Shown here piece by piece: positions 25,348 to 38,478 of a DNA stretch of 64,000 bases. Source of the stretch: Octopus sinensis (taxonomy: Eukaryota); assembly GCF_006345805.1 (NCBI RefSeq), contig NC_043020.1:16058001-16122000 (forward strand), read 5' to 3'. The notes beneath the pieces are model-generated. The model had not been told where the DNA came from. It saw only the letters and a program-made list of their open reading frames with translations, and did no database searches. Made by a program: the position numbers and the translations under genes. Positions within the stretch are counted from its first letter, which is position 1. Each line of letters begins with the position of its first letter.

Positions 25348-25640
25348 GTGGAGGCATATAGCCTAGTGGTTAGAAACTGTGGACTCGCGGTCGAGGGATT
25401 GCGGGTTCGAATCTCAGACTGGGCGATGAGTATGTTTATGATCGAAACACCTAAGCTCCACGCGGCTCCAGAAGAAGGTAATGGCGAACTTCTGCTGACT
25501 CTTTCGCCACAACTTTCTCTAACTCTTTCCTCCTGCATCTTGCAGCTCACCTGCAATGGACCATGCAGATGGGAAACCTATACGCCAAGGAAACTGGGAA
25601 ACCGGCCCTATGAGCCAGGGGTGGCTCGAGAAGGAACAAA
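25348..25640 (+). mobile_element. tRNA-derived SINE family D
   Basis: GGAGGCATATAGCCTAGTGGTTAGAAACTGTGGACTCGCGGTCGAGGGATTGCGGGTTCGAATCTC head with TCG at the anticodon position. Confidence 0.8.
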
Positions 25641-28032
25641 CATCTATCTATCTATCTATCTATTTGTATGTCTGTCTGTCTGACAGTTATTCCGTCTGTC
25701 TGCCTCTCTCTCTCTCCCTCTGTTTCTCTCTCTCTGTTTCTCTCTCTCTCTCTCTCTCTCTCCCTCTGTCTCTCTCTCTCTCAGCAAATACCTGTGGATG
25801 TTACTGTTACTTTTCTATAGTTGAAGGGAGAGGTGGAAAGAAAAATAAAAGATGTTAAGCAGAGGAGGTATACTTAAAATGAACGGTAAAGCGAGAGAAA
25901 GGAGGGACAGAGAGAGAATCAGAGGGAGGGTGAGTGGTGACTGAACATAAAATTAACCCGCAAGTGGCTGAATACTCCACAGACATACACACCATAACGT
26001 AGTTCTCAGGGAGATTCAGCCTTACAAAGAATGCAACAAGGCTGGCCCCTTTGTATTACAGCTACAACTCACTTTTGCCAGCTGAGTGGACTGCAGCAAA
26101 GTGAAGTAGAGCACCTTGCTCAAGAACACAGAATTTCTTTAGTTTGCAGTATCAGATAACAAAGTATTTTTCATTTTCAGTTAGAAGAATATTTTTAAAA
26201 AATGAAAGCTAATGAAAAAATTGAACGCAAAATATAAAAATGACTTTATCTTTTTTTTAAAAATCTTAGGAGTTATAATTGTCACTTTTGCTTAAATTGC
26301 TATTAAGTGATTTTTTAAATACATAAATTTGTAATATCAAATTTTTAATGAGCAAACCTGTAGGCAATTAATCTCTTCACTAAAATTGAAAATAAATACC
26401 TTCTTGAGTATCTTAATTTAAACTTTTAAGCAAATATAAAAATATATATAAAAGGGTATTTCTTACTATTTTACTTCTAACTTCAGCATCAATATTCTAA
26501 GATTTTCTATTTCTGCCCTGTACATTTCCAGGCTTAATTATTGCTTATTCTGTACATTTTCAGGTTCAATACCTAAAAATATTCTAGGATTCTGCATCTA
26601 CATTTTTCATCCTCGCCCCGCTTTTTTTTTCAGGCAATTATTATTCTATTATTATAACTGATTATATTTACTTTCATAATTGAAAAAATGATACTTTTGT
26701 AAATAATTTTTAAATACAGGTTTTGTTCAAACATACAAAATATTTTGTGCACATATAAGTAACAAAGGATTAATAACAGCATATCTGTTACTAATAAATA
26801 TATTTTTAAACACTTTTTATTATGAAATAATGTTTTATTCTAATTAAGTAATTAATAATTAGTTTTTTAATGAGTGAAATTTTTTATTTTAATCTGTCTT
26901 TAATATGAATATATTTTGATACATAAACAGAATAATAAAATTAATAAGAAATTACAAAAAAATCATAAATTTTTTATGCTCAAAGGTTTTAGACAGGCCT
27001 TTTCCTAAAATATTTGTCTTGAACTCTTTCACTTGAGTTCAAATAATATTTTTCTTTAAAAAAAAGACAAGAATATTTTCTTTAAATATTTTCAAGAATA
27101 TTTTGATTTCTTAAAATTATCACCTTTTTGTCAACTTGTTTTTGTAGCAAATATTTTTTTATAAGGTTTTCCCCATAAGATTCTTCCCATAGAGGTCTTT
27201 TATCTGAAGTAAACTTTGAATGCAGAATAGCTGCGAACACAGCTTAGAAGATTGGCTAAATATCCTTAGAAAATAAGTAGTCAACAAGCTGCTATAAAGT
27301 TTTGAAACCCCCTACGTCTCAAACTCCAGTTATGTACTCTGTGCCAATGAGCTAAGCGACCCATAACATCAGATACCATCTTTTACAATGTTAAATGTCT
27401 TAAAATAAGAAAAATATTTTGATTTGTTAAACTGATCAATTATTTGCATCTCTTAAGACCACACCACGATTTTTGTAGCTAACATTTTTTGACAGGGTTT
27501 TCACCATAAGATTTATCACATAGAGCCCTTTCATTTGAACACAATTATTGTATAGTTTCCTTTTACAATAGCTGAGATATTCTGATTCAAAGTCAATTTT
27601 GGGGGTTACTTATTCTTTTCGTCACTTAAAGCCACACTACTTTTTTATGATTCTTTTCAATGAGTGCATTCTTTTAAACCTAGTTAGTTTATAATTTTCT
27701 TTTAAAATGGCTGATATTTTGATTCAAAGTCAATTTGTTGCCTTATGAGTACATATGATCTCTCAATTTTGACATACATTTTTTTTAATGAACCAAATTT
27801 CAATTATTTTATTTCGAAATGTAACTGAAGATTATTGCAAAAATAAATACCACATTGAAATAGTGATGAAACCTAGAAGTACTCACCCTTAGGAATATAT
27901 TCACCAAATGCTGTGGATGAATGATGTGTGTGTGTGAATGTGTGTGTGTGTGTATGTGTGTATGTATGTATGTATGTATGTATGTATGTATGTATGTATG
28001 TATGTATGTATATATATATATATATATAAATG

Positions 28033-28126
<94 letters not shown>

Positions 28127-28274
28127 GTATATGTATATACATAGGAAAACCTTGTGCTAGGAAGATCAGTAGAAAACTCAAAACCACCAAATAAGGATAA
28201 ATTTTTGAAAGGAATGAAAATTAGTGCTAGGCCACTGGTAATAATAATTTCTTATACCCTATTATTATTTATTA

Positions 28275-28319
<45 letters not shown>

Positions 28320-28673
28320 TAGCAGAGATACCCAGAGTTGCTCAGGATTAAAATGGCATAGTTTGTATATAATATAATACAGTTATGTTGAAACAGGTGA
28401 TATGGGAAAATGCAGCATTGACAACAAAACATTTGTGAAGTAATTTATGGCCTAATTCGACTAAGCGACATGTCATACATCTGTTTGGGGTATTCCAGGC
28501 CCCAACCTGTCATGGAAAATTGGGGGTGGTGGTTATGTGATCTTTGAACACACTGAGAAACTGTCAGTGGTTATACTCTCCTTTGCAATCGGTGTTGCAT
28601 CTAACACAACCTATTGTCTGAAGTTTTGACACTTTCTTTGGGTTTGTTGTCCTACATCACTCATAAAGTAAAT

Positions 28674-29123
28674 CTAGAGGAACTGTGGTTGTTCATTTGT
28701 GGGTAACAGGGATGCAATGAGGTGATAGACTTGCCCTTGAACTTTGAACATTGGTGTAAACCCGTATTCAACTATCTCCTTAGATGCACTAAACGATGTC
28801 ATTTGAAATGCAGATTTGATATTGTTCAGAAAATCCTTTGTCTGGATGGAAGTGCCTTTCAAAAGACCCATAAGAGGTTGAGGAGGTGCTGGTAGTTTTG
28901 GCAATCTTACCTTACCACATGAGTAGCACATGCCATTAGTTTCATTTGAAAATTTTAAAGCTTTGCAGAAACAATAATCTGAGTTTAGCACACCAGTTTG
29001 AACAAAATTATCATTTTTATAAGAATGGGATGGATCATATCTGAAAGCATCTCCAGATGTGAAGAGGGAATTTGTATGTGGTCTGTATCTGAGAGCTGTT
29101 CTATCAAACCTCTGTCTAACCAT
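28674..29123 (-). pseudogene. Helitron Rep/helicase N-terminal remnant
   Basis: CFCKALKFSNETNGMCYSCGKVRLP...FLNNIKSAFQMTSF...FKVQGQVYHLIASLLP...PQFL is the conserved region preceding the Helitron Rep domain. Truncated by a stop. Confidence 0.9.
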
Positions 29124-29139
29124 TAAAATGTTGTTTTAA

Positions 29140-30182
29140 TGATTCAGCTTTAAGTGCTGCAGCAAACCTTTGCTGATCTTGGGATCAGACTCCATTTGAT
29201 GTACTGCAGCAGGCATTTGCTGATCTTAGGAAAGTCTCATCTCGCTTCTGTCTTGAGACTCCATTTGACGTGCTGCAGTATGCATTTGCTGATCTTGGGA
29301 AGATTTCATCTCCCATCTGTATTGGAATCCTTTTGACATGCTGCAACATGCCTTTGCTGATCTTGAGAAAGCCTTATCTTACTTCTTTCTTGCAACTCCA
29401 TTTGATGCACTGCAGCACACTTTTGCTGATCATGGGAACGTCTCATCTCCCTTCACTCTTATGACTCCATTTGACGTCCTGCAGCTTGCTCTTGCTAATC
29501 TTGAGAAAATCTCATCTCGCTTCTGTCTTGAGACTCTATTTGATATGCTGCAGCATGCATTTACTGATCTTGGGAATGTCTCATCTCCCTTGTGTATTGA
29601 CAGCTGAGTGGAGCAATGTGAAATAAAGTGTCTTGCTCAAGGACACAATATGTCACCAGGAATTGAATTCACAACCTTACGATTGTAAGCCAAATACCCT
29701 AACCACTAAGCCACACGCCTTTACACACACACACACACACACACAAATATATATCATCATCATCATCGTTTAACGTCCGTTTTCCATGCTAGCATGGGTT
29801 GGACGGTTCAACTGGGATCTGGGAAGTCAGTAGGCTGCACCAGGCCCAGTCTGATCAGGCAGTGTTTCTACAGCTGGATGCCCTTCCTAACGCCAACCAC
29901 TCCGTGAGTGTAGTGGGTGCTTTTTACGTGTCACCTGCATAGGTGCCAGACGAGGCTGGCAAACGGCCACTATCGGATGGTGCTTTTTACGTGCCACCTG
30001 TACGGGGGCCAGACGAGATGTAAAAAGCACCATTTGAGCATGATCATTGCCAGTGCCACCTGACTGGCTCCTGGTTCAGCAACATACCTTTGCTGATCTC
30101 TGGGAAGTCTCATCTCACTTCTGTCTTGAGACTCCATTTGATGTACTGCAGCATGTGTTTGCTGTTCTTGTTAAAGCCTCAT
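29140..30182 (-). repeat. 63-bp coding tandem repeat of the Helitron protein N-terminus (interrupted 29597-30073)
   Basis: Unit GACTCCATTTGA...TGCTGATCTTG...TCTCATCTC. On the minus strand it reads about MESQDRSEMRLSxDQQxxAAxxQ (21-aa period). Confidence 0.75.
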
Positions 30183-30928
30183 AAATATAATAGAAATAAG
30201 ATGATCTTAATGTTATCACATTAGAATTAAAAGTGGAAGAACAAAAGTGAAACAATATAATATCACAATACAATATAGATCTTACTCTTTCACTTTTGGC
30301 ACATAATACTGAACCAGTGCCAATGTTATATTGTTTTAATCTAAATGCAAAAAACAATTACATGTTGACACGCATGGGGTCTGATACTATTACCTTGTTA
30401 AATATGACTTGATTTGGTCAAGCTGTTTAAGAATGCATAGGGAGCAGATAGACAGATAGACACACCGACAAGAATTTTTTATATATTGATATATAAGATA
30501 TATCATCATCATCCGCATCATCGTTGTCGTCGTCGTCGTCGTCGTCATCATCATCATCATCATCATCATCACCGTCGTCGTCGCCGCTTAACGTGTGCAT
30601 TCCATGCTGGCATGGGTTGGACGGTTTGATTGAGGACTGGCGAGCAGAAGGCTGCACCAAGCTCCAATCTGATCTGGCAACATTTCTACAGCCGGATGCT
30701 CCTCCTAATACTAACCACTTCAAGAGTGTAGTGGGTGCTTTTTACATACCATTGGCATGAGGGCCAGTCAGGTGGTATTGGCATTGACCATGCTCAAATG
30801 CTGTTTTTTCATTCCACTGGCACAGGAGCCAGTCAGGTGACACCGGCAATGATCATGCTCAAATGGTGCTTTTTACATGCTATATATAAAAATATATTTG
30901 TGTGTATGTGTGTGTGGTGTGTGTGTAA

Positions 30929-31227
30929 AGGCGTGTGGCTTAGTGGTTAGGGTATTTGGCTCACAATTGTAAGGTTATGAGTTCAATTCCTGGCGACATA
31001 TTGTGTCCTTGAGCAAGACACTTTATTTCACGTTGCTCCACTCAGCTGTCAAAAATGAGTAGTACCTGTATTTCAAAAGGCCAGCCTTGTCACACTGGAT
31101 CTCTCTGAGAACTATGTTGAAAGTACACGTGTCTGGAGTGCTCAGCCACTTTGCATGTTAATTTCACGAGCAAGCTGTTCTGTTGATCGTATCAGTTGGG
31201 CTCATCGTTGTAACCAACTGAGTGCTC
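30929..31227 (+). mobile_element. tRNA-derived SINE family C (V-domain-like)
   Basis: GGCGTGTGGCTTAGTGGTTAGGG...GAGTTCAATTCC...TGTGTCCTTGAGCAAGACACTT. Relatives at about 25950-26130, 56410-56625, 62100-62422 (-) and 54790-54900 (+). Confidence 0.85.
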
Positions 31228-31725
31228 CTATATATATATACATATATATATATATATTTTTCACCGGAATAGTTCAATACTGAATTTTTGTTCAGAGTAG
31301 GCAAGTTGTTACCGAAATGCATTGCGGAAAAGCCCGCCATTTTCATAGATATGTAAAGATAAACATTCATACATGCTGCCGCGAATTCTACAGTTGGTTG
31401 TCGGGTATGTGATGTTGTGTTTTTTCTTACATGTCTTGAATTCGTTGCACTGAAGAGCATAGAATGCATATTCTGCATTGATTGCGAAATCACAGGTGAT
31501 ATGTAACTAAATTCTGTTTTTAAATGACTCGCTTTGAAGTTTTGCATTCGGTACAATTTGTTTATTTTAGTAGTTTTGACTGCAAAAGTCCCTCCTAGCA
31601 TGCAGTACCTATGAATAATAGTACCCTCTATATAATATAAATAAGTATTTTCTTTCTCTTACGAGGTTTTTCACGCTAACTACTTGATAATTTCTTATAA
31701 AGATTTTATCTTATTTTTAAATTTA

Positions 31726-31792
<67 letters not shown>

Positions 31793-31864
31793 TAAAATAT
31801 ATATATATATATATATTTGTAAAAAATGAAGTTCGAAAATGCTGCTGTATTATACAATTTTTAA

Positions 31865-32957
31865 TTTTTATATATACATTATAACATGTTTCAGTTCCTG
31901 AAATGAACTTTATCAAAAAAAGTTATATATAAAAAAAGACAGCTCATGCCGTCAAACACAAGAAATTCATTTATAATACACAACGGAGTCAGACATCTTA
32001 GAGTTCATGTATAGTTGATATATAGTTCATGTATAGTTGATATATAGTTTGAAGTATATGTTCAAAGTGTTCGATGCAGTGGCCCACGGTGGCAATACGT
32101 ATTCAATACAAAAAACAGATCAAAGTGGTGGAAAGCGGTCAATACAGAAGATTGATGTTTCCGAAAGAGCGAGGAATTCATTTTTACCTTAAGCAAATGT
32201 GATGACCCATGGTGGATGTTCGCTGGGTGGTTCTAATGAGTTTTTGTGAAGTGCTCGGTTTTATAATGCCTGTTAGGTGGTCAATCCAGCGTAGCGTGAC
32301 GTCATCAACGTTTTGACCAATCGTTTCGTTAGGTGGCTTTAGTCAAGTAGAACGGGACGTCATCATTATTTTGACCAATCGCTGCATTATAACTGCCTCT
32401 TGTTTGTTTCCTGTTTTGACCAGTTGCTTCGTTAGTCAAGTAGAACGGGACGTCATCATTATTTTGACCAATCGCTGCATTATAACTGCCTCTTGTTTGT
32501 TTCCTGTTTTGACCAGTCGCTTCGTTAGTCAAGCAGAACGGGACGTCATGCAGATTCTGCCCAATCACGACTTATAGCTACATTAGATATGCCCCCTGTT
32601 TGTACTTGTTAGGTGACTATTCAAGCAGAAAAGGACGTCATCAATATTCTGACTAATGACTGTCCGTGCAAATCTGACCCTGATACATACGATACAGCTA
32701 TGGGTCAGACCCGATTCTGATTGGTCAACAAGTTGATGACGTCTAGCTCAGCTAGAATGGACAGGATACAAACAGAGGACAGTCATTAGTCAGAATATTG
32801 ATGACGTCCTTTTCTGCTTGAATAGTCACCTAACAAGTACAGACAGGGGGCAGATCTAATGTAGCTATAAGTCGTGATTGGGCAGAATCTGCATGATGTC
32901 CCGTTCTGCTTGACTAACGAAGCGACTGGTCAAAACAGGAAACAAACAAGAGGCAGT
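31865..32957 (-). mobile_element. Penelope-like element remnant with hammerhead, 93-bp subrepeats and inverted end
   Basis: Hammerhead-like fold at the left end next to (TA)n. 93-bp tandem units at 32328-32570. 181-bp inverted arms 32485-32665 and 32777-32957. Confidence 0.65.
31870..31931 (-). ncRNA. Minimal hammerhead ribozyme, U3-A8 core variant (stem I imperfect)
   Basis: UUGAUAA aguuc auuucag gaacu GAAA caug UU. 5-bp stem II and palindromic ACAUGU stem III. Confidence 0.6.
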
Positions 32958-34141
32958 CGATTATATCGACCCCAGTACGTAACTGGTACTTAATTTATCG
33001 ACTCCAAAAGGCTGAAAGGCAAAGTCGACTCGGCAGAATTTGAACTCAGAACGCAGCGGCAGACGAAATACCACGAAGTATTTTGCCCGGCTTGCTAACG
33101 TTTCTGCTAGCTTACTAACAATTCTGTCAGTCCACTGACTTCCTTCAGCTTGATATTGATTTCAAATTTTAGCACAAGGCCAGCAATTTCAGGGATGAGA
33201 TAAGTCAACTTCATTGACCCTTGGTGATCAGCTGGTGCTCATTTTACCAACCTGAAAAGGATGAAAGGTAAAGTTGACATTGGAAGAATCTGAAATCAGA
33301 ACATTAAAATGGACAAAATGCTGCTGAGCATTCTTCCCAGCATACCAACAATTCTACCAGTTTTCTGCCTAATAAATATTATTCTTTAATTTGTTTCAGT
33401 CTTGACCGTGGCCATGCTGTAGCACCGCCTTTATTTGAACAAATCGACCCAAGAACTTATTCTTATTAGGCAACATTTTTACTTTATTGAACTTTTATCT
33501 GTTATATTTTATTCGTTTCAGTCTTTGAACTGTGGCCATGCTGGGGCACCACCTTGCAGGGTTTTAATTGAAAAATTAACACTGGTGCTTTTATTTTTGT
33601 AAGCCTGTTACTTATTCTAATGGATTTTTTCTTTTTTGCCAAATGACTAAGTTGTGAGGATGTAAACAAACCTGCACGGGTTATCAAGCGGTGGTGGGGG
33701 GACAAACACAGATACAAACATGCGTACCCACACACACACACGCATGCACACTCTCATATGCACACACTCACAAACTCTTATACACACACACAAACACACA
33801 TGCGCATACATACACACACACATTCACATGCACGCACATACAAACAGACACTCACACAAGCGGTGATGGGGACAAATACAGACACAAACACGCATACTCA
33901 CACACACACATACACCCACATGCATACACTCACAAACTTGCACACACACACAAACACATATGCACATACCTACACACTCACACACACACACACACACGCG
34001 CGCGATGGTCTTCGTTCAGTTTCCATCTACAAATCCACTCACAAGGCTTTGGTCAGCCAAAGCTATAGTAGAAGACACTTGCCTGGGTTGCCATGCAGTG
34101 AGACTGAACCTGGAACCATGTGGTTGGGAAGCAAGCTTCTT

Positions 34142-34762
34142 GTTTCTTTATTGCCGACAAGGGGCTAAACATAAAGAGGACAAACAAGGACAGACAAAGG
34201 GATTAAGTCGATTACATCGACCCCAGTGTGCAACTGGTACTTAATTTATCGACCCTGAAAGGATGAAAGGCAAAGTCAACATTGGCTGAATTTGAACTCA
34301 GAACGTAACGGCAGATGAAATACCACTAAACATTTCGCCCAGCGTGCTAACACTTCTTATTTCTTTACTGCCCCCATGGGGCTAAACATAGAGATGACAA
34401 ACAAGGACAGACAAAGGGATTAAGTCGATTACATCGACCCCAATACGTTACAGGTACTTAATTTATCGACCCCGAAAGGATGAGAGGCAAAGTCGACCTT
34501 GGCGGAATTTGAACTCAGAACGTAGCGGCAGATGAAATACCTATTTCTTTATTACCCACAAGGGGCTAAACACAGAGGGGACAAACAAGGACAGACATAG
34601 GTATTAAGTCGATTACATCGACCCCAGTGCGTAACTGGTACTTCATTTATCGACCCCGAAAGGATGAAAGGCAAAGTCGACCTCGGCGGAATTTGAACTC
34701 AGAACGTAGTGGCAGGCGAAATACATTTCGTCTGGCGTGCTAACGTTTCTGCCAGCTCGCCA
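34142..34762 (-). mobile_element. Three head-to-tail SINE family B copies
   Basis: Units at about 34142-34355, 34357-34542 and 34543-34762, each with TTTCTTTA...GGGGCTAAAC...CGAAAGGATGAAAGGCAAAGTCGACC. Confidence 0.9.
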
Positions 34763-34897
34763 CACAACCATGCCTCTCCACACTCCTTTCAATATGCTGA
34801 TGGCTAGGCAAGCAATAGAAAAGCGACCTCTTAAAACTTTCTATCTCTTCATCTTCTCTCAAACTCTGTTTCTCTTTCTCTCACCCTCTTTCTTTTT

Positions 34898-34934
<37 letters not shown>

Positions 34935-35752
34935 CTGTTTCTGCATTGATAATTTATTAAGCTGATTATTGGGTGTCCTTCCTGCCACTGACCAACCAAT
35001 CACTCAGCTGTAAGTGACAATGGTGTCAATAGTCATAAAGCCAACTCAAGTAACTATTTTATTTTATTATATTTATTTATTCGTCATATTCTATGTATTT
35101 TTCATAGCAATCAGTATAAAAATAATGTCGGCTCATTAGTTACAGGTTGCCAATGGGGCAGTAACTGACTCACTTGTTACGTTTCAGATAATGGGAGCGT
35201 AAAGGGAGTGTTGTTAACTCAGTGCAGAACAAATATCACAAGGGACTTGATTTGCAAAATTCAAATATAAAACACTGGACTTTTGGCTTTCTTCCAAATA
35301 TTTCCATCCTGTGTCTAATATAAATCAGTTAAAGACCAACACACGCACACACACACACACACGCACACGCGTGCACACACACACACACACACATACACAT
35401 GCACACACACACACACACACAGACACACACACACACACAGAGGTGTGGCTAAGTGGTTAAGAAGAAACTTGTTTCCCAACCTTATAGGACAAGGTTCAAT
35501 CCCACTGTGTGGTACCTTGGGTAAATGTCTTCTAAATATAGCCCCAGGCTGCTGAAAGGATTGTGAGTAGGTTTGCTGTTAAATGGAAATTAAAAGAAGC
35601 TCACTGTACATATAAATGTGTGCATGTGTGTGTGTGTGTATATATGCATGTGTGCTTGTGTGTGTGTATTAATATACAAATATATCTCTATTATCTATCT
35701 ATCTATCTATTTATCTGTCTGTCTGTCCGTCTGTCTCTCTCTATATATATGC

Positions 35753-35873
<121 letters not shown>

Positions 35874-35924
35874 CATATATAAATATATATATATATATAT
35901 ATCTATATATATATATATATAATA

Positions 35925-35955
<31 letters not shown>

Positions 35956-35956
35956 T

Positions 35957-36280
35957 AAAGGGTGAAATATAATTAATTTAATAAAATCAATAAATTTCAC
36001 TAGTAGTATTTCGGTATGGAAAAGGACCATATTCGGTAAAAATATATATAATTATAATAATAAGGGTTTTTTTGCAACAAGTTGCTTAATCCGAAGACTG
36101 TGTGGTTTCATTGTTTTTCTTCTTTTTTTTTGCCCTAAGTGAGTCACAAATATTGTTGTCTGTAGAGACTTATTTTTGTAGTAAAAGGAAATAGTAATCC
36201 TTTGACTGCTATTTCTAATATTTTCGGTATGTGGTTTAAGCAACTTGTTGCAAAAAACCCTTATTATTATAATTATATAT
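35957..36280. mobile_element. Penelope/retrozyme-like fragment with inverted end, carrying the shared RNA motif
   Basis: Embedded in (TA)n. Arms about 36042-36089 and 36235-36280 are inverted. GCTATTTCTAA...TTCGGTATGTGGT matches 6655-6730 and 38490-38565. Confidence 0.7.
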
Positions 36281-36295
36281 TTATATATATGTATA

Positions 36296-36330
<35 letters not shown>

Positions 36331-37664
36331 ACACATATATATATCAGATTCCCATGGCTCTCCATTGCCATCCAATCCTATTATTATGAATTTGAACTGG
36401 GACTTTGAGTCATAGTAAATCCTTCATCAGTTGATTATACAACCATGGATGCCACTCCGATGGATGACTTGCAGTTATTCTCTTGATAGAGTTTGATGAT
36501 CCTGACCTTCTGATGATCTTCCAGGATTCCTCTACACAGCATCATTGTAAGAAGCACCATTGACTCAGCTGAGCTCTTCCACCACCTTTTCACAATTTAC
36601 CAAGCTGCAGTCCTGTGGCTTTGTTGTATCCCTGACAGGGTGGCTATAATACCAAATCCATCCTTCATGCTATTTCATGCATGTTTCATCACCATCACCA
36701 CCATCATCACTATCTATTTTCTGTGTTGGCATAGAGTGTAGAGTTTAGCATGATTCAGTGGGCCAAAGGACACCATCTTTCTCCAATGGCTCGATTTTTG
36801 CAGGGTTTTTAAGGGTTGGTTGCCCTTCCTAATGCCAACCACTTTACAAAGTGCACTGTGCTTTCTTTATTTGCACCAGCAAAGGTGTTACTTTGTACCT
36901 CACAAAACTAAAGAGCTCCACTACTGAGAGGGAGATTAGGAGAGAGGATGGTGACTTAAGATGAAACTTTGAAAAGTTAAAGACGGAAGGAACCGGTCTA
37001 TTGTTCGAACAATGTTATAATGAAGAGATTAATGGAGATAGATTCAGGAAATGGAGTTATATATAAGAATAAGATGAGTAATGTCATGGATTTATGTGAG
37101 TCGGAGAATAATAAAGAGAATAGTAGGATTACGCGAGTATGAAAAGATTTAGGGCTTCCTTCTCCTCCCCCCAGCATTATATATAGTTCAATAGTGGATG
37201 TAGTGATGCTGGAAAGACAAATAAAGTCGATGGTAATGAAAAGCTAGAGTGTATGCCCATGGCAAGATGTCCTAGATGGTAAACAAAAGAGAGTAGATTG
37301 ACAAAAGAATCAAGGAAAATGGGTAAAGGTTGTGAGAGTATGTGTGGAGTTTGAGAATGAGGGAGGGAAAAAATAGGGGCAAAGTTGGCCGGTGGTAAAT
37401 AAGGGCAATGGTGGTCATTGGTGAAAATTATGTATACATACTAACAAGAGAAGGTGCAGGGAAGAGTGAGTGATGACTGGCAGTATAGAAAGGGTGATGG
37501 TTTCTAATAACAGCAGAGCAGTATACCTGCTTCATTTCTGTCTAGGTTCTGTATGCTCCCTACATATAGGGCTCAATTCTTAGTATAATATAGCATTGTT
37601 GCTTGCACATCTATACATGCATACATATTTGCATGTTTTTTTTTTGTGTGTGTGTGTGTGTGTA

Positions 37665-37730
<66 letters not shown>

Positions 37731-37760
37731 TGTATGTATGTATGTATGTATGTATATATA

Positions 37761-37817
<57 letters not shown>

Positions 37818-37821
37818 ATAT

Positions 37822-38012
37822 AGGGAGAATTCACAAAAAAAAACAAAAGACGAAGACAGATGGTGTAGACAACAAACAGATGTATTAGTTTAATGCTCAG
37901 AAAGTGAAAAAGTCTTTAACGTTTCGAGCCTACGCTCTTCCACAGAAAGGAACACAGAAAGAAACAAGGAGAGAAAACAAAAAATGTGTAGTGGCTAGCG
38001 ATCTATCATGGC
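37822..38012 (-). mobile_element. Penelope pseudo-LTR-like fragment in (TA)n (copies at 38370-38483 and 54922-55110)
   Basis: Three homologous copies, all abutting (TA)n or (TACA)n at the same GGGA end. Contains a minimal hammerhead. Confidence 0.75.
37914..37949 (-). ncRNA. Minimal hammerhead ribozyme, A6U core variant
   Basis: cuuu CUGUGGA a gagc guag gcuc GAAA cg UU aaag. 4-bp stems I and II, ACGU palindrome in place of stem III. Confidence 0.65.
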
Positions 38013-38032
38013 AAATAGGCGTATATATATCT

Positions 38033-38075
<43 letters not shown>

Positions 38076-38478
38076 CATACAGATATAGATGTATATATAT
38101 ATATAAACATTATTGTTTTAACATTCACTTTCTATGCTTCATGGGTTGAAAGGAATTTGTTGAGGCAGATTTTCTTTGGCTAGTTGTTCTTCCTGTTGCC
38201 AACCCTTACCAGTTTCCAAATAAGGTAATATTTACCCGTGGTTAGTTATGTTTATGCAGAATTTTGAAAATGAATGCCATTCATTTTCAACAATCATGTT
38301 GTGACAAGTCAAGGAAACAAACATACACACACATACACATACATACATACATACATACATACATACATAGGGAAGGTTTACGAAAATAAACAAAAGACGA
38401 AGGCAGGTGGAGTACAAACAAACAAATGTATTAATATGGTGCTCAGGAATAGAAATAGAACAAGTCTTTTACATTTCG

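Larger units (their letters stand above)
28319..30498 (-). mobile_element. Internally deleted Helitron with both termini
   Basis: Minus strand A|TCTTATATATCAATATATAAAA... 5' end at 30498. 3' end CCTGAGCAACTCTGGGTATCTCTGCTAG|T at 28319. AT target and no TSD. Confidence 0.9.

Noticed and set aside
25348-25425. Genuine tRNA genes at SINE heads
   Set aside because: The A/B boxes continue directly into multi-copy SINE bodies, and the cloverleaf stems are incomplete.
29140-29600. CRISPR-like or satellite interpretation of the 63-bp, 93-bp (32328-32570) and 30-bp (54380-54500) repeats
   Set aside because: There are no unique spacers, the context is eukaryotic, and each is internal to a transposon.
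36405-36440. Minus-strand CUGAUGA followed by a ggauuu/aagucc stem
   Set aside because: No GAAA or stem I/III follows.
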